A stretch of DNA of 36,896 nt from a virus (Duplodnaviria > Heunggongvirae > Uroviricota > Caudoviricetes), in IMG/VR virus record IMGVR_UViG_643348551_000010. One strand, given 5' to 3'. Numbering within the stretch: the stretch's first letter is position 1; the number at the start of each line of letters is the position of its first letter. The notes beneath the pieces are model-generated. The model saw nothing but the letters and a program-made list of their open reading frames with translations. It ran no database searches and had not been told where the DNA came from. Below, in pieces: positions 1 through 10,388 of the stretch. The position numbers and the translations under genes were made by a program.

Positions 1-726
1 TCACTTAGGGTATGGCTGAACCCTGAATAGCTTGGTATTTAGCCGCTTCCTTGCTCGCTTGTTCAGGAATCTGATGTAGCGATACTGATTAAATTTGTGC
101 ACCACGGCACGCTCTTTATTAGCCCGTAAATACACGCCTCGTTGTCCACCTCGCTTAATCGCGTTCATCGTTATCTCGTGATACCACTCACCATCCAGCT
201 CGTAGAACGTACTTTCATGACTGCCAATAAAATCAAAATTCGACGCCTGATACACAACGCCTGCGCGTCCGCAGCGTTCGTCAGCAAAGGACTGAACCCA
301 CTCCACTGACGGATACAGTAATCTGATAACTTTCAGCGCGTAGCTAATGGCCCGTGATTCAGAGTTGCGGGGCATGTCGTCGTGTAGCCACATGCGGTTC
401 AACTCCATATAGCCCCGGTTATCCGTTTCAAGCACGACACGACGACCTGAGTTGGGGTTAAGGGCATATCCCCACTGGAGAACGCCAACCAGATCGCGTC
501 CGCTGAATACCCCCAGGTGAAGGTAAGAGTTATTCACAAAACGGCGGGAATAGTGCTTTGTCTGAATAATTGTGCGGGCTAGCCAGCAGGATATGGTTTC
601 AACGCGCAGCTCCTTTGAACCATAGCCAACAATCTGGCCTTCATACTCAATAACGCACGGTTTCGTCAGAATGCGTGATTTCTTCTCTTTTCCCACAATG
701 TTTCTCCGTGGGATGCTCGCAGGCAT
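1..726 (-). CDS. mom: DNA modification protein Mom (anti-restriction adenine modification); start uncertain (ATG 724-726 or GTG 694-696)
   Basis: 241-aa ORF immediately downstream of and overlapping com, last gene before the phage right end, as in Mu. Stop codon is at 1-3, so the window begins at the mom stop. Confidence 0.85.
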   Translation of the reverse strand: MPASIPRRNIVGKEKKSRILTKPCVIEYEGQIVGYGSKELRVETISCWLARTIIQTKHYSRRFVNNSYLHLGVFSGRDLVGVLQWGYALNPNSGRRVVLETDNRGYMELNRMWLHDDMPRNSESRAISYALKVIRLLYPSVEWVQSFADERCGRAGVVYQASNFDFIGSHESTFYELDGEWYHEITMNAIKRGGQRGVYLRANKERAVVHKFNQYRYIRFLNKRARKRLNTKLFRVQPYPK

Positions 727-835
727 TCAGCATTATGATGTGACGTTTGCAACGCGGACACCTGATTTCAATGTGAACAAAGGAATCCGCCTTAAATAAC
801 AGTTTGTTGCAGTTTTTACAGCGAATTGATTTCAT
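647..835 (-). CDS. com: Com, zinc-finger translational activator of mom
   Basis: 62-aa ORF with a Cys4 pattern (CKNCNK...CPRCK), strong SD (aaggaggtga) upstream of ATG 833-835, 3' end overlapping the mom 5' end. Confidence 0.9.
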   Translation of the reverse strand: MKSIRCKNCNKLLFKADSFVHIEIRCPRCKRHIIMLNACEHPTEKHCGKREEITHSDETVRY

Positions 836-944
836 CTCACCTCCTTTGCATCAATTCGCCACTATCTTAAAAAACATCGTGGGTTAAGTGTGGTTATTAG
901 GGCATAATCGATCTGTATTACCGATCGATTTGATTGATTCGATC
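836..944 (-). promoter_or_regulatory. mom regulatory region: promoter interval plus upstream triad of Dam GATC sites (OxyR/Dam-sensitive region known from Mu)
   Basis: GATC at 910-913, 923-926 and 941-944 read directly, clustered within 35 bp just upstream of com/mom and overlapping the gin 3' end. Exact promoter and C-binding positions not resolved. Confidence 0.6.
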
Positions 945-1511
945 GTCGTTTTCTATATGCGTTCGTTTCGCAGGGTGTTTTTTATACAGAGTTGACAGGG
1001 CCACATCGTAGATCAATGCGACCTGCTTGCGGGGGATTCCTTGTGCTAATAAACGCCCGGCCTGCTCCCACTCTGCTTTGGTTAGTTTAGGTGGTCGCCC
1101 ACCAATACGGCCTTTATTTCTGGCGGCAGCAAGTCCAGCCATCGTTCGCTCGATAATTAGTTCTCGTTCCATTTCAGCCAGAGCCCCCATAACGTGGAAG
1201 AAAAAACGCCCCATTGGAGAAGATGTGTCTATGTTGTCGGTCAGACTGCGAAAATTAATCCCTCGCTCCCGTAGTTCCCCGACGAGAGAAATCAGATGTT
1301 TCATACTTCGCCCGAGGCGATCCAGTTTCCAGACAACCAGCGTGTCACCTTTTTGAAGGCGCTTTAAAGCGCGTTTTAATCCCGGTCGGTCTGTCTTTGT
1401 CCCGCTTAATTTATCTTCAAATATTTGTTCACATCCTGCACAAACAAGAGCGTTTCGTTGCAGGTCTGTATTCTGGTCATTTGTTGATACCCTTATATAG
1501 CCAATCAGCAC
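918..1511 (-). CDS. gin: Gin serine DNA invertase
   Basis: 197 aa, N-terminus MLIGYIRVSTNDQ (resolvase/invertase catalytic serine motif), C-terminal HTH. Lies directly beside the invertible segment and a gix site. Confidence 0.95.
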   Translation of the reverse strand: MLIGYIRVSTNDQNTDLQRNALVCAGCEQIFEDKLSGTKTDRPGLKRALKRLQKGDTLVVWKLDRLGRSMKHLISLVGELRERGINFRSLTDNIDTSSPMGRFFFHVMGALAEMERELIIERTMAGLAAARNKGRIGGRPPKLTKAEWEQAGRLLAQGIPRKQVALIYDVALSTLYKKHPAKRTHIENDDRINQIDR

Positions 1512-1565
1512 TCTGGATCTCCCGTTTAAAAGCGCAAATCATGCCATGCAGGCCGGAAACAGCCA

Positions 1566-1591
1566 TTATCCAAAACCTCGGTTTACAGGAA
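1566..1591. repeat. gix recombination site (gin-proximal)
   Basis: ttatccaaaacctcggtttacaggaa; the exact reverse complement occurs at 4613-4638. Confidence 0.85.
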
Positions 1592-2536
1592 ACGGTAAAT
1601 CAGGCTTCTGGCGCATTACAGAAAAACCAGAACGGCGCAGATATTCCGGGAAAAGATACCTTCACCAAAAATATTGGGGCCTGTCGCGCATATAGCGCAT
1701 GGCTGAATATTGGTGGCGATAGTCAGACCTGGACAACCGCACAATTCATTTCGTGGCTGGAGAGTCAGGGGGCATTTAACCATCCTTACTGGATGTGCAA
1801 AGGCTCATGGGCTTATGCAAACAATAAGGTCATTACAGATACAGGTTGCGGAAATATTTGTCTTGCAGGTGCTGTGGTGGAAGTTATTGGCACTCGCGGC
1901 GCAATGACCATACGCGTTACTACGCCGAGTACATCCAGCGGTGGCGGAATTACTAACGCTCAATTCACCTATATTAATCATGGTAATGCTTATGCTCCTG
2001 GCTGGCGACGAGACTACAACACGAAAAACCAGCAGCCTGCATTTGCTTTAGGGCAAACAGGAAGCAGGGTTGCAAATGATAAAGCTGTTGGCTGGAACTG
2101 GAATAGCGGCATTTATGATGCAGATATCAGTGGCGCATCGACATTAATCCTCCACTTTAATATGAATGCGGGGAGTTGCCCTGCTGTACAGTTCCGCGTG
2201 AATTACAGGAACGGCGGTATTTTTTATCGTTCAGCGCGTGATGGTTATGGATTTGAGGCTGACTGGTCAGAGTTTTACACCACGACCCGCAAACCCTCTG
2301 CGGGAGATGTTGGTGCATACACGCAGGCAGAATGTAACTCAAGGTTTATTACAGGTATTCGCCTTGGCGGTCTGTCATCTGTTCAGACATGGAATGGTCC
2401 CGGCTGGTCTGACAGGTCAGGTTATGTCGTTACGGGTTCAGTTAACGGAAACCGTGATGAATTAATTGATACAACTCAGGCAAGGCCAATTCAGTATTGC
2501 ATTAATGGAAGGTGGTATAACGCGGGGAGTATTTAA
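1592..2536 (+). CDS. S' variable segment of the alternative tail fibre; promoterless, expressed only after G inversion
   Basis: Open frame continuous through the gix site; shares the junction peptide IQNLGLQETVNQASGALQKNQNGADIP with S. The track ORF 1397-2536 extends spuriously upstream of the gix site. Confidence 0.7.
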   Translation, partial: TVNQASGALQKNQNGADIPGKDTFTKNIGACRAYSAWLNIGGDSQTWTTAQFISWLESQGAFNHPYWMCKGSWAYANNKVITDTGCGNICLAGAVVEVIGTRGAMTIRVTTPSTSSGGGITNAQFTYINHGNAYAPGWRRDYNTKNQQPAFALGQTGSRVANDKAVGWNWNSGIYDADISGASTLILHFNMNAGSCPAVQFRVNYRNGGIFYRSARDGYGFEADWSEFYTTTRKPSAGDVGAYTQAECNSRFITGIRLGGLSSVQTWNGPGWSDRSGYVVTGSVNGNRDELIDTTQARPIQYCINGRWYNAGSI

Positions 2537-2538
2537 TT

Positions 2539-3072
2539 ATGATGCACTTAAAAAACATTACTGCTGGCAACCCTAAAACAAAAGAGCAATACCAGCTAAC
2601 GAAACAATTTAACATCAAATGGCTTTATACAGAGGATGGGAAAAACTGGTATGAGGAACAAAAGAACTTTCAGCCTGATACGTTGAAAATGGTCTATGAC
2701 CACAACGACGTTATTATTTGTATTGAAAAGGATGTTTCAGCAATTAATCCAGAAGGCGCAAGCGTCGTTGAGGTTCCTGATATTACAGCAAATCGCCGGG
2801 CTGATATTTCGGGTAAATGGATGTTCAAAGATGGCGTAGTGATAAAGCGAACTTATACCGAGGAGGAACAGAGGCAGCAGGCAGAGAATGAAAAGCAAAG
2901 CCTATTGCAACTTGTCAGGGATAAAACCCAGCTATGGGACTCACAGCTACGGCTGGGTATCATTTCCAACGAGAATAAACAAAAATTAACCGAGTGGATG
3001 CTCTATGCGCAGAAGGTCGAATCCACAGACACCTCCAGCCTGCCAGTAACGTTTCCAGAACAACCAGAATGA
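2539..3072 (+). CDS. Tail fibre assembly protein U' (alternative cassette)
   Basis: 177 aa, paralogous to U at 3101-3628 (shared N-terminus [14 protein letters not shown]), inside the G segment on the opposite strand. Confidence 0.8.
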   Translation: MMHLKNITAGNPKTKEQYQLTKQFNIKWLYTEDGKNWYEEQKNFQPDTLKMVYDHNDVIICIEKDVSAINPEGASVVEVPDITANRRADISGKWMFKDGVVIKRTYTEEEQRQQAENEKQSLLQLVRDKTQLWDSQLRLGIISNENKQKLTEWMLYAQKVESTDTSSLPVTFPEQPE

Positions 3073-3100
3073 AACAAGGCCCGCTATCGGGCCTTAATTT

Positions 3101-3628
3101 TTATTCAGGCTTTTGTGGCCATTCAGGATTTGCCGTATCCACACGGCTGACCAGAACGCTGTAGCGTTCCCATGCTTCCAGTCGTGTGCGTTCCTCGTCT
3201 GTTGCCATATTCAGCCTGACAGCGCGTTCCAGCGGCTGGATGACTGATTCAGCTTCGGAAATCAACGCGGCCTTTTGTGATTCGGCCTGTTGTTGCTGTT
3301 CGTCAGCCGTATAAATCCGCTTAATCACAGCACCATCCTTAAACATCCATTTACCTGAGTCATCAGCACGTCGGTTGGCGGTAATATCAGGAACCTCGAC
3401 AACGCTAAAACCTTCAGGGTTAAGCGTGGAGGCATCTTTGGTGATGGCGACAATAATATTATTTTCGTCGTATACAATCTTTATGGTGTCGTCCTGAAAG
3501 TTATTTACTTCCTCATACCAGTTTTTACCGTCTTCTGTATATAACCAGATAACATCAAAATTCTTTGTTAGCTGACATTGCTCTTTTGTTTTTGGATTTC
3601 CTGACTTAATATTTTTTAAATGCTGCAT
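3101..3628 (-). CDS. U: Tail fibre assembly protein U
   Basis: 175 aa, directly downstream of S, paralogous to U'. Confidence 0.85.
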   Translation of the reverse strand: MQHLKNIKSGNPKTKEQCQLTKNFDVIWLYTEDGKNWYEEVNNFQDDTIKIVYDENNIIVAITKDASTLNPEGFSVVEVPDITANRRADDSGKWMFKDGAVIKRIYTADEQQQQAESQKAALISEAESVIQPLERAVRLNMATDEERTRLEAWERYSVLVSRVDTANPEWPQKPE

Positions 3629-3631
3629 AAT

Positions 3632-5134
3632 TTACACCTGTGCGACGTTATACCATGTGCCATTGATGTATTTTTGTATTGGTCTGAAGATGGCTTCATC
3701 ATCGCCATCTACTTCACCAATGATTCTTAATCCGGTAATTGCGTGTCCGGCTTTTTCATAACGACCACCACGCGCCATCAATTGAACAACACGCGTACCC
3801 AGGCGAACATCTTTCACATAACGGGAATCAAAGTTACCGTAATCCGAGGGGTTAACACGCCCTGTAATATTTATGGTTTTATTACTTTGAATGCTGCCGG
3901 AGACAAAGCGCATAACATGGACGTTATTAGCATAAACGTCCAGATTACCGTCGCCATTTTGTTTAAAGCCCGTGTCATTATCACCCAAAACAATCGAGTT
4001 ACCGCCAAGAGCACTGGATGTTCCGATACCCAGTGCACCATTCAATTGACCACCAGATAATGACAACGCCCCAACATCAGCAGCAGTCGGTTTTATGTGC
4101 GAACTGTAAATTACATATACAGTCCCATCTGTCAGGCCTGTCGGTTTATTCGCTGTATAAGTTGGTGATGTATGAATTTGTACAGTGGCATCCTTTGTAT
4201 AATCCCACTGGATATTAACACCCGTGGCGTAATTACCTATTTCTACATAAATGTCATAGGTATCACCGGATGTATTCACCCATGCAAAATTAGTAAATCC
4301 AACCGAGGTCCGTCGCCATAATGCACCAGTAATACCCTTTGGATTTCCATTTCCGGCACGCAGAACCAGCTCAGAGATGCCTGCTTGCTGCGGGGAGCCA
4401 ACGTTATACCCTGCACCACCAATCAGGCTTATGTAAACCACGGAACTGGCTTGTGGCATTGTTACAGTTGCCAGTTTGAACCATCCTGCACCACCATTAA
4501 AAGACATGGTTGTTGAATTTGTTGCTCCAATATTGCGCAGGAATAATCTTTTATCAGGAATATCTGCGCCATTCTGGTTTTTCTGCAACGCACCAGAAGC
4601 CTGATTTACCGTTTCCTGTAAACCGAGGTTTTGGATAAACAGCGGCTTATTGGGAATATCTGCTCCGTTCCGGTCTTTTGCCAGACGGGCATTGGCATTA
4701 TCCATCGCAATTTTCACCGCTTTTGCGGTGGCTGCCAGCGTTTCACTGGGGCTGTCAGTGGCACTGGTTAGCTGAACGAGTCCTTTTTTGTTCAGGCTGG
4801 CATCATAGATATCCAGATTTTCACGTGCTGTACGCTGTGCTGATGCCCCGGCAATTTTAATTTCGCTGAGGTTATTTTTTATCAGCAGCGCGTTATTGCT
4901 CATAATGGATTTAATGGACAGTGCAAGCTGGTTTAATTTTGTTTTATCCGGTTGAATACCGGCTTCTTCCAGCGTGTTTAATAACTCCGCCTGCACAATA
5001 TTAAACCAGTCCATGCCGGGCCATGTGATAACATTATTCCCGTCACCTTCTGAAAACCAGCGAACGATAGCACTACGCTGGGCGGATACGGGCGGCATGA
5101 CGGTTACGCCGCTGTCGTTATCAATATAAAACAT
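3632..5134 (-). CDS. S: Tail fibre protein S (constant part outside G joined to variable part inside G)
   Basis: 500-aa ORF spanning the gix site at 4613-4638; internal duplicated NGADIP.K.LF motif flanking the crossover region. Confidence 0.85.
   Translation of the reverse strand: MFYIDNDSGVTVMPPVSAQRSAIVRWFSEGDGNNVITWPGMDWFNIVQAELLNTLEEAGIQPDKTKLNQLALSIKSIMSNNALLIKNNLSEIKIAGASAQRTARENLDIYDASLNKKGLVQLTSATDSPSETLAATAKAVKIAMDNANARLAKDRNGADIPNKPLFIQNLGLQETVNQASGALQKNQNGADIPDKRLFLRNIGATNSTTMSFNGGAGWFKLATVTMPQASSVVYISLIGGAGYNVGSPQQAGISELVLRAGNGNPKGITGALWRRTSVGFTNFAWVNTSGDTYDIYVEIGNYATGVNIQWDYTKDATVQIHTSPTYTANKPTGLTDGTVYVIYSSHIKPTAADVGALSLSGGQLNGALGIGTSSALGGNSIVLGDNDTGFKQNGDGNLDVYANNVHVMRFVSGSIQSNKTINITGRVNPSDYGNFDSRYVKDVRLGTRVVQLMARGGRYEKAGHAITGLRIIGEVDGDDEAIFRPIQKYINGTWYNVAQV
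4613..4638. repeat. gix recombination site (S-internal)
   Basis: ttcctgtaaaccgaggttttggataa, inverted copy of 1566-1591. Inverted-repeat identity continues inward for about 46 bp perfectly and about 115 bp imperfectly. Confidence 0.85.
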
Positions 5135-5676
5135 TAGTTATCTCCGTCATGGTAAACAAATTTATAAATCTGATGCGCGGGTTTATATTTCTCCAGTAAA
5201 CATTCCAGCGCACCCGATTCATAAACACGTAACGGCGTCAGAACATTATCCAGCACCGTTGCGTTGCGATAATTTTTAATACCGTAAATATTGACCTGCG
5301 TAACCCACTGGCCTTCTGTGGAATCCGTCAGCCTGACGGTAAAACCGTACTGCGCAGCCAGCCATTCATAAAAGCGCCTACTCAGATTGCCGGTCATACG
5401 CATTTTATTTGCGGCAGCCCGCTGGCGTTCTGACAGGGTGCCGTTTTCGCTGGTACAGTCCGGCAACCCCAGAAATGATTCCCACTCACCCAGATACCAG
5501 CGGGATGTGGACGGGAAACGCTCCCGCAGCATTTGCCGCGCATCATCCGCCGCAGTGGCAATCACGTCGCTGATGGCCTGCGCCAGCGCAGATAATTTGC
5601 TGTCGGGGCTTTTATTCCAGGCAAGCCCTGACGGCAGTAATTGCAGAAAGGCCGTCTGATAGGGTGTTACAGCCAT
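5134..5676 (-). CDS. Tail or baseplate protein (Mu gp48-like, tentative)
   Basis: 180-aa ORF translationally coupled between the baseplate gene and S; position matches the Mu late operon. Confidence 0.65.
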   Translation of the reverse strand: MAVTPYQTAFLQLLPSGLAWNKSPDSKLSALAQAISDVIATAADDARQMLRERFPSTSRWYLGEWESFLGLPDCTSENGTLSERQRAAANKMRMTGNLSRRFYEWLAAQYGFTVRLTDSTEGQWVTQVNIYGIKNYRNATVLDNVLTPLRVYESGALECLLEKYKPAHQIYKFVYHDGDN

Positions 5677-6749
5677 TCAATTGTCCCCGGTGTTAACAGT
5701 TCCGTATTCTCCGAACGCTGGATCTCTGTCGGGAAACGCACTTCAAAATCATCCAGACCGGTAACACCTGCCACCGCACGGATAATACGGGAGGGGGCAA
5801 GTGCGCCGCCCGGCATCACCTCATTAAAAAACATGGTATTAATGGCGTTGGTAATAGCCTGTTTCAGTTCGGCTGTCTTCGGTGATATATAAATCCGTGG
5901 ATTTACCGGCTTTGCCTTTGGCGCAAATACCGTGACATTTACACCGTCAGGCTGTCCGACAATCAGACCAGTGATCGGGTCAGTATGACCGGCGATATAA
6001 TCCGCCACGCGTTCCACGTCTGCCGGTTGCGGAAAAATATTGCTCCGGTTATCCATAACAAACGTCACCCCGACTGTGCCACCGCCTTTCCATGTCGGAA
6101 AACACCAGGCGCGGGTAACGCCGCTGACTTCACGTGCCCAGCGAACGTAATCAAACTGATTACCGCCGAACGGAGGGTACTGGACACGATATTCCAGCCG
6201 TGACAGCAGCTCCGCTGCACTCTCAATATCAGCCCCACCGGAAAACCCTTTTACAGTGATGGCATCGGAAACAACACAGGCAACCGGGGTGATCAACGTT
6301 AAAAGGGTATTCTCACCGGTATTTCCTGCCTCACCGGCAGCCAGTGCGGTAACGGTAATTTCCGTCGTTCCTGCATGGTCAATCACAATGGCATCAGCCA
6401 GGCTGTAAACCACACCATCAGCACGCTGCCAGCGTGTACCGGCAGGAATGGTTGTCGCTGCCGATGTGGTGACAGTCAGCGGGCCGCTGGCGGCTGTCGC
6501 CTGTTTGCGGCGCACACCCCAGAACCGGCAGTGCTCCAGCAACTCATCTTCATCTGCTGTCGACGGGATAATCTGCCGCCCAACCCACGAAATATGCTCG
6601 TGACAACCGGCAGCAAGCCCTGCCTGGGCGTAAGCAATGGCACTCAGCGTTTTTTCACGGGCCTGAGGCCAGCTACCCGGCAGGCGCTGTTCAATATTCT
6701 GTTCTGTACGGGCAATCAGCGATGATAATGTCGGTGGTGAATAAGCCAT
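5667..6749 (-). CDS. Baseplate protein (Mu gp47 / J-like wedge, tentative)
   Basis: 360 aa, synteny within the baseplate cluster. Confidence 0.7.
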   Translation of the reverse strand: MAYSPPTLSSLIARTEQNIEQRLPGSWPQAREKTLSAIAYAQAGLAAGCHEHISWVGRQIIPSTADEDELLEHCRFWGVRRKQATAASGPLTVTTSAATTIPAGTRWQRADGVVYSLADAIVIDHAGTTEITVTALAAGEAGNTGENTLLTLITPVACVVSDAITVKGFSGGADIESAAELLSRLEYRVQYPPFGGNQFDYVRWAREVSGVTRAWCFPTWKGGGTVGVTFVMDNRSNIFPQPADVERVADYIAGHTDPITGLIVGQPDGVNVTVFAPKAKPVNPRIYISPKTAELKQAITNAINTMFFNEVMPGGALAPSRIIRAVAGVTGLDDFEVRFPTEIQRSENTELLTPGTIEWL

Positions 6750-7187
6750 TTAAACCCCGTTAAATGCTGCTTTAAACTCATAAGGAATAACGGAACCATC
6801 CGGTAATGTCAGTGCAATGTAGAGGTATAACCAGCCCTGATGTAACTGTTCCGCTCTGACGTTAATCGCACTTACCCGGCCCGCTGTTTTCAGCCATTCC
6901 AGCGCCTCTTCGGCATACCCTCTGGCGCGTTCCAGCGTATCCGGCGTGGCTTTTTCACGTGACAACAGCCACAACCGCGAACCGATGGGGCGGTCGCGGT
7001 AACTGTCCCCCCACCATCCACGGCGATTATCTGAACCATCCGGCAGCGTGTCAGAATCCAGCGCGCGCCGGTCTGTAAACAGGGAGATTGTCACATCGGT
7101 TGTCAGGCTGTCGTCGGTCAGCATATCAATGCCATCCTGTGCAATATCGCCGCGTCCGTTCGTCCAGATAATGGCTAAATCGGTCAT
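6750..7187 (-). CDS. Baseplate protein (Mu gp46-like, tentative)
   Basis: 145 aa, tightly packed in the baseplate cluster. Confidence 0.65.
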   Translation of the reverse strand: MTDLAIIWTNGRGDIAQDGIDMLTDDSLTTDVTISLFTDRRALDSDTLPDGSDNRRGWWGDSYRDRPIGSRLWLLSREKATPDTLERARGYAEEALEWLKTAGRVSAINVRAEQLHQGWLYLYIALTLPDGSVIPYEFKAAFNGV

Positions 7188-7777
7188 TGCATCGGCCCCG
7201 TGGTTCCGCCGCTGTCGCCGCGGTGGATATGCTTATCCGTCGATTTGCCATTGATGATGGCATCCGGGGCAGTAATATTGCTGTCGAACTGGCTTTTACC
7301 TTTAACGCCCAGACCTTTCTGGATCTCAACGTCGCCGGTAAATGTGGTTCTGGGTGTATCAACGGTCATACCTTCATCAGCGTAAACCTCAACCGTTTTA
7401 CAGGTAATGATGCAGCGCCCGTCCTTTGTCAGCCTGATTCGATGCCCCTCGTGGTGGTAAATGCCTGCATCACCCGGTTCAAGATTTGTCGGGCGGTAGC
7501 GGCGGTCTTCCACCACAACGGCAATCCCCTGATCACGTTGTGCACCCACACAGGCAATCAGCGCCTCTGCGCCCGGCAGGGGAACGCTGAAATGCCCGTA
7601 ATTTTGCAGGCGCTCCACTTCATCAGATTCCTCATCATCCAGCAGACCGACCTGCAGGTTCTGAACCTTTCGCCCGTCGTTAATCACGTTAACAACGGCA
7701 CGCGCAAGCATCAGACGCACACGACGCATCAGCGGTGTCAACAGGCGGTTCATGGCGGAATCATTTACTCTTTCCAC
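7184..7777 (-). CDS. Baseplate spike / assembly protein (Mu gp45-like, tentative); start may be internal
   Basis: 197 aa, position between the hub-like gene and gp46-like gene. Confidence 0.65.
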   Translation of the reverse strand: MERVNDSAMNRLLTPLMRRVRLMLARAVVNVINDGRKVQNLQVGLLDDEESDEVERLQNYGHFSVPLPGAEALIACVGAQRDQGIAVVVEDRRYRPTNLEPGDAGIYHHEGHRIRLTKDGRCIITCKTVEVYADEGMTVDTPRTTFTGDVEIQKGLGVKGKSQFDSNITAPDAIINGKSTDKHIHRGDSGGTTGPMQ

Positions 7778-8904
7778 GGCGGCGTTTTCTCCGGGTGTCT
7801 GCGATAATAATCTTCAACCAGCGCATCAATACCGCCGTTACTGTCGCCGCCTTTCCTGTTTTTACGGTCGCTTTCAACCGGCACCAGAAAGCCTTCGCGT
7901 GGTGCAAGGCTGAGGCGGGTTTTCAGCCCGTCCTGGTCATTCAGTATCAGGGTGACTTTGCTGACCAGTAATTCTGTGGTTTTGATGGCATATTTCGAGG
8001 CATCAATAGTGACCAGCAGGTTCGGCATCCAGAGTTGCCCGTCCTTGCGTGTCCATCCGTCAATTTCTGCCTCAAAGGTGATGGATTTTGCCAGTCTGCG
8101 GCGTTGCTCACGCAGGGCGCGGGCCTGTGCATCCTTCGCCGTAATTTTGCTGTCGGCAATGATGATCATCGGTCTGTAACGGGTCACATCACTGTCAGTG
8201 GCGGTCCCTTTCCGGGAGACGATACTTTTCGCATCAATATCATCACCCTCAGCACCGTTTGCGCGGGCATACCCCTTGACGGTGTATTCGCTGAACCGGT
8301 CGCGGAAGTCTTCCTCAAAATCCAGTGTCAGCAGATTTTCTCCGAGAACCAGCTCATCAGTGGCTGTGCTGGCAGCCCGGCTGAATACCAGCTCTCCTGC
8401 GGCATTGCTGGTCATCAGTACACCGCGTGCGCGGGAGGCACGCACCAGCGCCTCATAAACGGTTTCTGAATGGTCCAGCGTGAAGCCGGGAAAAGCTGCC
8501 GAACTTTCCTTATCGGAAAGCTCCCAGCGAACGGTAACGCCATAAGGAGCGCACAGGTCACGCGCAATCTGTTCCAGTGTGCGGTTTTTCCACTGCCCGC
8601 CACTGTAAACGGCTGCACAGTCAATCAGGTCAGCCGTTTTGTCGCGCCCGGCAATAATGATTTTCATGCTGTCAGCGGCCATCTGGCGTCGCCGCGAATC
8701 GATGTAACCGGTGCAGACAATCTGCCCGTCGATTTCCAGCGTGAACGCTTTCCCCGGTGCCAGCCCGGATAAATCTGTACCCGGTGGCACATTCACCCCC
8801 AGCTCAAAATATCCGGCTACGGATTCAATGGAGCGGGTGACAGAGACTGACGTCCAGCCGGTAAACAGCCTGCCATCCGCTCGCAGTGTGACGGTATTAC
8901 TCAT
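7765..8904 (-). CDS. Baseplate hub / tail protein (Mu gp44, gene P-like, tentative)
   Basis: 379 aa, immediately downstream of the N gene. Confidence 0.7.
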   Translation of the reverse strand: MSNTVTLRADGRLFTGWTSVSVTRSIESVAGYFELGVNVPPGTDLSGLAPGKAFTLEIDGQIVCTGYIDSRRRQMAADSMKIIIAGRDKTADLIDCAAVYSGGQWKNRTLEQIARDLCAPYGVTVRWELSDKESSAAFPGFTLDHSETVYEALVRASRARGVLMTSNAAGELVFSRAASTATDELVLGENLLTLDFEEDFRDRFSEYTVKGYARANGAEGDDIDAKSIVSRKGTATDSDVTRYRPMIIIADSKITAKDAQARALREQRRRLAKSITFEAEIDGWTRKDGQLWMPNLLVTIDASKYAIKTTELLVSKVTLILNDQDGLKTRLSLAPREGFLVPVESDRKNRKGGDSNGGIDALVEDYYRRHPEKTPPWKE

Positions 8905-10384
8905 TAATCACCTCAATACTGACACCACCGGGAACAAATAACGGGTTGCTGATACCGTTCCTGCGGGCCAGCCGTTGCCAGTTCCGGCTGTTTCCGGTGA
9001 ACCGGTACAGTGCAACCATTGCCGGGAGCGTTTCTGGCAGGTGGTGTGATTCACTACCCGCCAGTTGCAGCCCGCGTTTTTCCAGGTCGGCAACAACCAG
9101 CAGACGCAGTTGCGTAAGCTGAACACTGTCTGTCGAAAAACCCTGCTCAGATGCCGTCAGAATGACGCTATCCAGCGCCGCCCCTAGCATGGCAGTTGTT
9201 TTTTCGATATCGGACACGCTTTCAAATACCGGGGGCGTGGCTGTGCTACTGTCTGAAAAGGATACTGGTGAAAAGCCGCCGTCCGGGGTTATCCCGGTTA
9301 ACTGCAACTGGCTTTGTGTGACCGTGGACGATGTGCTGCTGGCACCACTGGCGATGCCGGTTGTTGTGACTGATACATCCAGCGCCGGTGCGCGGGCGGC
9401 ATTATCCATCTGACGGCTGGAATCCAGTGCCGCAGTCAGTGCCTGGCTTGCTGCCTCCGCCCGGTATGTCTGTGCTGCTGCCAGCATGACGTAGTTCAGT
9501 GTGGCAATATTTTTTTCTGCAACCGGGCTGCTGTATGAAGTGGTAATGGCACCTTGTCTGTCAGTGGTGGAGGCATGTCGGCTTTCGAACCGCTGCGCCA
9601 GACGGTTCCAGGTGGAAAATGCTGTTCGGGTATCGCATAACGATGAAACGCCGGATAACGCCCCCATCAGTGAAGATGTCAGCATGGCTGGTTTATTTAT
9701 CAGGCCGGTCACAGAACCTTTCATTGCAGAAAGTAACCCCATCAGGCCGCTGACAGTCTGGGTGATCCCCAGATTATCCACCGCATCACAGATATCATCG
9801 ATGACACCGGTGACGGCATCCATTACGGCTGTTGCCGCCGCTGTGCCATCTTTTACGGTCTGCCAGACAGAGGACAACGTATCCCCCAGCGAACCGGTTA
9901 CAGCAACGGCCTGCGCAGATACGGCTGTACTGGTGTCTGTTTCTGCGTCCGGGGCTGTATCCTGCAACGACGGATAAACGGTAACGGTGAACGCGTAATA
10001 ATTCAGTTCATCCGCTTTAGTACGGCATTCCCATGAATCCACCATGACGTCCACAGTGCCGAACTCTGGATGCACCAGTTCGCCGCTGCCCGGTGCATCA
10101 AGAGCATCCATCAGCGCACCCGCTTCATCTCTGGCAGTCTCTGCGTTGCTGTTCAGAATGCAGATGCTGAATGTGCGGGAGCGAAGTTTTTTCCCCAGGT
10201 CATTGACACCGCCGGTATCACGTAACGGGTACTCGCGTTTAACCAGACGACGTCCGCCAGCCTGTTTTTGCTCCTCAATGACGAGAAACGGCACGTTACG
10301 GAACGTGCCTTTGCCGGTTGTTTTCTTACCACCGCCGATTTTATCCCGGACAGAATTAACGGCATTTAAAGCATCTTCAAACAT
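8897..10384 (-). CDS. N: DNA circularisation protein N-like tail protein
   Basis: 495 aa directly downstream of the tape measure gene, as in Mu. Confidence 0.75.
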   Translation of the reverse strand: MFEDALNAVNSVRDKIGGGKKTTGKGTFRNVPFLVIEEQKQAGGRRLVKREYPLRDTGGVNDLGKKLRSRTFSICILNSNAETARDEAGALMDALDAPGSGELVHPEFGTVDVMVDSWECRTKADELNYYAFTVTVYPSLQDTAPDAETDTSTAVSAQAVAVTGSLGDTLSSVWQTVKDGTAAATAVMDAVTGVIDDICDAVDNLGITQTVSGLMGLLSAMKGSVTGLINKPAMLTSSLMGALSGVSSLCDTRTAFSTWNRLAQRFESRHASTTDRQGAITTSYSSPVAEKNIATLNYVMLAAAQTYRAEAASQALTAALDSSRQMDNAARAPALDVSVTTTGIASGASSTSSTVTQSQLQLTGITPDGGFSPVSFSDSSTATPPVFESVSDIEKTTAMLGAALDSVILTASEQGFSTDSVQLTQLRLLVVADLEKRGLQLAGSESHHLPETLPAMVALYRFTGNSRNWQRLARRNGISNPLFVPGGVSIEVINE

Positions 10385-10388
10385 GGTT

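Larger units (their letters stand above)
1566..4638. other. Invertible G segment (about 3.07 kb) carrying alternative tail-fibre cassettes; present orientation expresses S-U
   Basis: Bounded by inverted gix sites. Contains S variable part and U on the minus strand, and promoterless S' variable part and U' on the plus strand. Confidence 0.85.

Noticed and set aside
1397-1565. Upstream part of the track ORF 1397-2536 (+) as an independent gene
   Set aside because: The frame is open only by chance upstream of the gix site and overlaps the gin 5' region; the real coding unit is the promoterless S' variable segment inside the G segment.
7187-7807. 206-aa plus-strand ORF antisense to baseplate genes
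   Set aside because: Lies entirely within confidently assigned, tightly coupled minus-strand structural genes; no SD or context support; typical antisense open frame in GC-rich coding DNA.
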